64,000 bases of DNA. It comes from an uncultured Gammaproteobacteria bacterium (GTDB lineage Bacteria; Patescibacteriota; Microgenomatia; Daviesbacterales; UBA10151). The translations under genes were made by a program, and so were the position numbers. This document shows, one piece after another, positions 60,903 through 64,000 of this stretch. The stretch covers positions 8,734 through 72,733 of the forward strand of contig CAZYPW010000007.1 in NCBI GenBank assembly GCA_964649615.1, given 5' to 3'. Positions within the stretch are counted from its first letter, which is position 1. Each line of letters opens with the position of its first letter. The notes under the pieces were generated by a model that was not told the origin of the DNA, searched no databases, and saw nothing but the letters and a program-made list of their open reading frames with translations.

Positions 60903-61706
60903 TTGGTAAAATTAGGCCATATGGATATGAAAATGGAAGATGAAAAAGTTAGAGGAACATATATCTCTAAAGTTCGTAATCTATCAGGTTCAACAATAGA
61001 ATCTCTACATAAAATAGTTTCTGAAGTTTTGAAAGAAAAGGAACTTAATAGAAATGGGATGATTCAACTTCCTAATACCCATGAAAACCAAACAATTTTA
61101 GCATACATAGAGGATGAATTTAGTATTAAGCCTTATTTAAGTAATAGACCTTGGTTCAAAACAGATACATGTCAATTAGATTTTTACCCAGAAGAAATTA
61201 ACAATCTGGTAGTGTTAGATAAAATTCTGGCAATAAAATTAGGATTGGCACAAAAGTTAAAACTTATGGAGAGATTAAATTTCATACAAAACTTAAAACA
61301 GTTTCAGAAGAAACATGGAAAAAGAGATGACGAAGAAAAGTCGTTTTGTAAATTTGAAAATGATTCTTTCTTTATGAAACTTAATGATGGGTCGGATGGT
61401 TCTATAAATTTTACAGTTAAAAGAGGCAATGAAGATATGGTGACTCTATTCGCAGTATTCTTTGATCATTGGAAATCTTTTGGAGAAAAAGATAATGGTT
61501 GGATAGTAGTCAAGATGAGCAAGGATGAGATTAAAAAAAGATTTGCAGAAAAAGGTAAAAAAGATATCTCAGATAATTGGATAAAAGATACCGTAAGCAA
61601 TATAAGGAATATAAAAATAGGGCCATCTAAACTGAATGGTTATTTATCATTTGATTACTATGATCGTAAAGCTAATGTATACCCATTTAGGATAAAGAAA
61701 GTTTAG
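60903..61706 (+). CDS. hypothetical protein
   Basis: Long ORF, no recognised domain. Confidence 0.3.
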   Translation: MVKLGHMDMKMEDEKVRGTYISKVRNLSGSTIESLHKIVSEVLKEKELNRNGMIQLPNTHENQTILAYIEDEFSIKPYLSNRPWFKTDTCQLDFYPEEINNLVVLDKILAIKLGLAQKLKLMERLNFIQNLKQFQKKHGKRDDEEKSFCKFENDSFFMKLNDGSDGSINFTVKRGNEDMVTLFAVFFDHWKSFGEKDNGWIVVKMSKDEIKKRFAEKGKKDISDNWIKDTVSNIRNIKIGPSKLNGYLSFDYYDRKANVYPFRIKKV

Positions 61707-61989
61707 ATAAGCTCCAATATCCAATTTTATGATGTCCTTCTTACGCCCAGCGTAAAATAAAAAGACTTACTTTACGCACAAATTGCCTATATTGACAGAA
61801 TTTCAGCGTACCAGCATGGTCAAACCATGCAATCTAAATCTAAAGATTTTCAAGTTGTATATCAATTTGATCCAGTTGCTATTCCTAACTGGCAAGAGAG
61901 GCTAGCTTCCGCATTTGAAATTCTGTTCAAGAAAATTGATGAGCTTGAAGATAGAGGATTGAGAGGATTAAAAGGAAAAGGAGAGGATT

Positions 61990-62253
61990 ATGGAGAATAC
62001 ACAACACCCTAGTACAGCAATCCGAGACCTGAATATTGCAGCATTTCTCATGGCGTCTGGCCAAGTTAAGTTAGTTAATGTTGAACGCCATCCTGATAAT
62101 ACTACCTACTTTCACTTTGAACCTAAAGAAATTGCCGAGGGTCTAGTAACAGCATATTGGGCAGAGGACGCACCACCAATCCAGCCCAAGAAACTCTTAG
62201 GAAGTCTGCGTGATTTAAAGGATATTCTGTTCTCGGGAGGTAAAAATGATTAA
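61990..62253 (+). CDS. hypothetical small protein
   Basis: Overlaps the start of the downstream P-loop gene. Confidence 0.25.
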   Translation: MENTQHPSTAIRDLNIAAFLMASGQVKLVNVERHPDNTTYFHFEPKEIAEGLVTAYWAEDAPPIQPKKLLGSLRDLKDILFSGGKND

Positions 62254-63616
62254 AGAAAACCCCCAACTAGGAAATACTAAAGAAGTAGGTTTCAAAGCCG
62301 CAGATAGCGAGACGAAAATTCCAGATAGTAGCCAGCAATTGATTCCCTCAAACCTTTCTTATGAGGAAATAGAAGCTAAAGTTAAGAATTTCTTACCAGG
62401 TTCACAAACAGCCTTAAAACTTATATTAGCAGTGGCAGTTTCTAGTCAATATCAAAACTCAGTCATGCTTTGGCTCCTATTAGTAGGAGTTCCTTCATCT
62501 GGAAAAACTGAATTAGTCCGTCTTACAAAGGATGTAGCAGAGATTACTTACTATTTAGATAATTTAACCCAAAATGCTTTCATATCAGGAGAGAGACCAA
62601 CTAGAAATGAAAGAGTACATGATTTACTGCCTTTGCTAGATAAAAAATGTCTAATTATCAAAGACTGGACAGCAATCTTTTCTCTTGACGAAAAGATGAC
62701 CAAAAAACTACTTGGAGATTTAGTAGGAATTTATGATAAAGAGTTCACAAAATTTAGTTCTAGAAGAGGTAATATTAGCTATTCTAGTGCCTTTTCTCAA
62801 CTTGGTTGTATTACCCCAGCCACTCTGAATAGACATACCAACTATATGAATATGGTTGGTCCCCGATTCCTGTGTTATACAATCCCTCAACCAAACCTTG
62901 GCGATGAAAATGAAAGTTACGATTTGATATTTTCAAGCCATGATAGATCAGCCACTGAAAAAGAAGCGAGACTGTATGTATCTGCTTACCTTAATGAATT
63001 ATCAAAGCGAACCCCTAATATAAAACCACTTACAAAAGAAATTCAAAATTTCCTTAAAACTGCTGCTAAATTAATGTCTAATTGTCGGGGAATAGTACTT
63101 CTGCAAGCAGCTACTTTTAAGAATGAAGATGGTGAGGAAGTTAAGTATTATGAGGTATTAGATGTCCAAATAGAAGAGCCTTGGAGAGCAATACAACAGT
63201 TGATTTCTTTAGCAAAATATTTAGCCTTTGTAGTAGGTAAGGATGAAGTCGGAGTGGAGGAATTAGAGATAGTTAAAGAGGTAGTAATCTCCTCAATGCC
63301 TGCTGATCGCTCTCAAGCATTAAGAGTAGTAATTGCAAAAGAAGGAGAGATTACCGCTAAAGAGCTTTCAGAATTTTCAGATAAGTCAACTAGAACTTCC
63401 CGAAGACTGCTAGATGAATTGGATGCTTTGAAGGTATTGGAGAAAATTAAAGGTGTAGGCACGATAGCCAATGATTACAAGATTAATGAGCAATTTAAGG
63501 AGTTCCTAATATTAGACCCTACGGAATTTCTGTCCCACAAGGTAGTTAGTAGGACAGAAAGTGGAGAGGGCATACAGGTTATGAAGGAGGATTCAAATGA
63601 ACCCCTCCCATATTGA
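62246..63616 (+). CDS. P-loop NTPase, putative replication/primase-helicase-like protein with C-terminal winged-helix-like region
   Basis: Walker A LLLVGVPSSGKTEL. Downstream acidic Walker B-like LIIKDW. Confidence 0.45.
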   Translation: MIKENPQLGNTKEVGFKAADSETKIPDSSQQLIPSNLSYEEIEAKVKNFLPGSQTALKLILAVAVSSQYQNSVMLWLLLVGVPSSGKTELVRLTKDVAEITYYLDNLTQNAFISGERPTRNERVHDLLPLLDKKCLIIKDWTAIFSLDEKMTKKLLGDLVGIYDKEFTKFSSRRGNISYSSAFSQLGCITPATLNRHTNYMNMVGPRFLCYTIPQPNLGDENESYDLIFSSHDRSATEKEARLYVSAYLNELSKRTPNIKPLTKEIQNFLKTAAKLMSNCRGIVLLQAATFKNEDGEEVKYYEVLDVQIEEPWRAIQQLISLAKYLAFVVGKDEVGVEELEIVKEVVISSMPADRSQALRVVIAKEGEITAKELSEFSDKSTRTSRRLLDELDALKVLEKIKGVGTIANDYKINEQFKEFLILDPTEFLSHKVVSRTESGEGIQVMKEDSNEPLPY

Positions 63617-63830
63617 AAGGATAAAAGAGTTGTTCAAAAAACTAAAGTTGGGTTATGACTGGTGTCAGAGAAATCAGCATAACCAAACTGGAATAGAAGA
63701 ACTATACAAAAGGACTGAACAGATATTTCAAGAGCTTGAGAGTTTAGGTGTATCTCGGACATTTTCTGAGGCTCTGTTTGTGTTTGGGGCTTTTAGTAAT
63801 CATGAAGTTTTACATGGACAGAAACATTAA
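63597..63830 (+). CDS. hypothetical small protein
   Basis: Overlaps the preceding gene's end. Confidence 0.25.
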   Translation: MNPSHIERIKELFKKLKLGYDWCQRNQHNQTGIEELYKRTEQIFQELESLGVSRTFSEALFVFGAFSNHEVLHGQKH

Positions 63831-63914
63831 ATTTGACAACAGTGTTCAGCATGCTACGCTATAAATAAACCTAATTATGGAGATTAAAATGAAAAACAGA
63901 AAGATGAAGAACAA

Positions 63915-64000
63915 ATGAGAATTTGCCTATATTGCAGGGTTTCAACAGAGAAGCAGAAAGATGAAAAGACTATTGATTCCCAGATTGAGGAATTAGAAAA
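63915..64000 (+). CDS. serine recombinase (resolvase/large serine integrase family), N-terminal fragment; continues beyond window
   Basis: MRICLYCRVSTEKQKDEKTIDSQIEELE matches the catalytic YxRVSTxxQ ... SxxxQ motif at the recombinase N-terminus. Confidence 0.65.
   Translation, partial: MRICLYCRVSTEKQKDEKTIDSQIEELE

Larger units (their letters stand above)
52040..64000. mobile_element. putative integrated mobile element inserted in comM (left junction about 52040; right end beyond window)
   Basis: comM truncation. Cargo of secreted and nuclease proteins. Divergent XRE repressor and replication-like module. Large serine recombinase gene beginning at 63915. Confidence 0.55.

Overview
AT-rich (~35% GC), gene-dense bacterial chromosome segment with tight, mostly overlapping co-directional genes. 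The profile suggests a reduced-genome Patescibacteria/CPR-like lineage: L30 is absent from the spc cluster, many r-proteins carry low-complexity K/E/P-rich tails, and TGA is used as a stop (code 11). Positions 1-28000 form one uninterrupted translational superoperon, with one non-canonical insertion (an SDR, a decayed histidine phosphatase and a GreA N-terminal-domain-only ORF) between rpsG and fusA. The middle part carries a phosphohexomutase and then a SAM-centred neighbourhood behind a variant S-box riboswitch. Next come two tandem EEP phosphoesterases, an acylphosphatase, a tRNA-Pro(GGG), a recA interrupted in its P-loop by a 448-aa LAGLIDADG intein, recX, RNase Y, four GT-C type membrane glycosyltransferases, hup, an ABC-2 exporter, miaA, an AI-2E transporter and an antisense RNase P RNA (rnpB). 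From about 52040 onwards, comM is truncated and followed by at least 12 kb that looks like an integrated mobile element. It encodes secreted DUF3761 and Cys-repeat proteins, SNase, an Excalibur protein, a RarA-C-like protein, an XRE repressor, a P-loop replication-like protein and the start of a large serine recombinase at the window edge. No CRISPR array or rRNA was seen.
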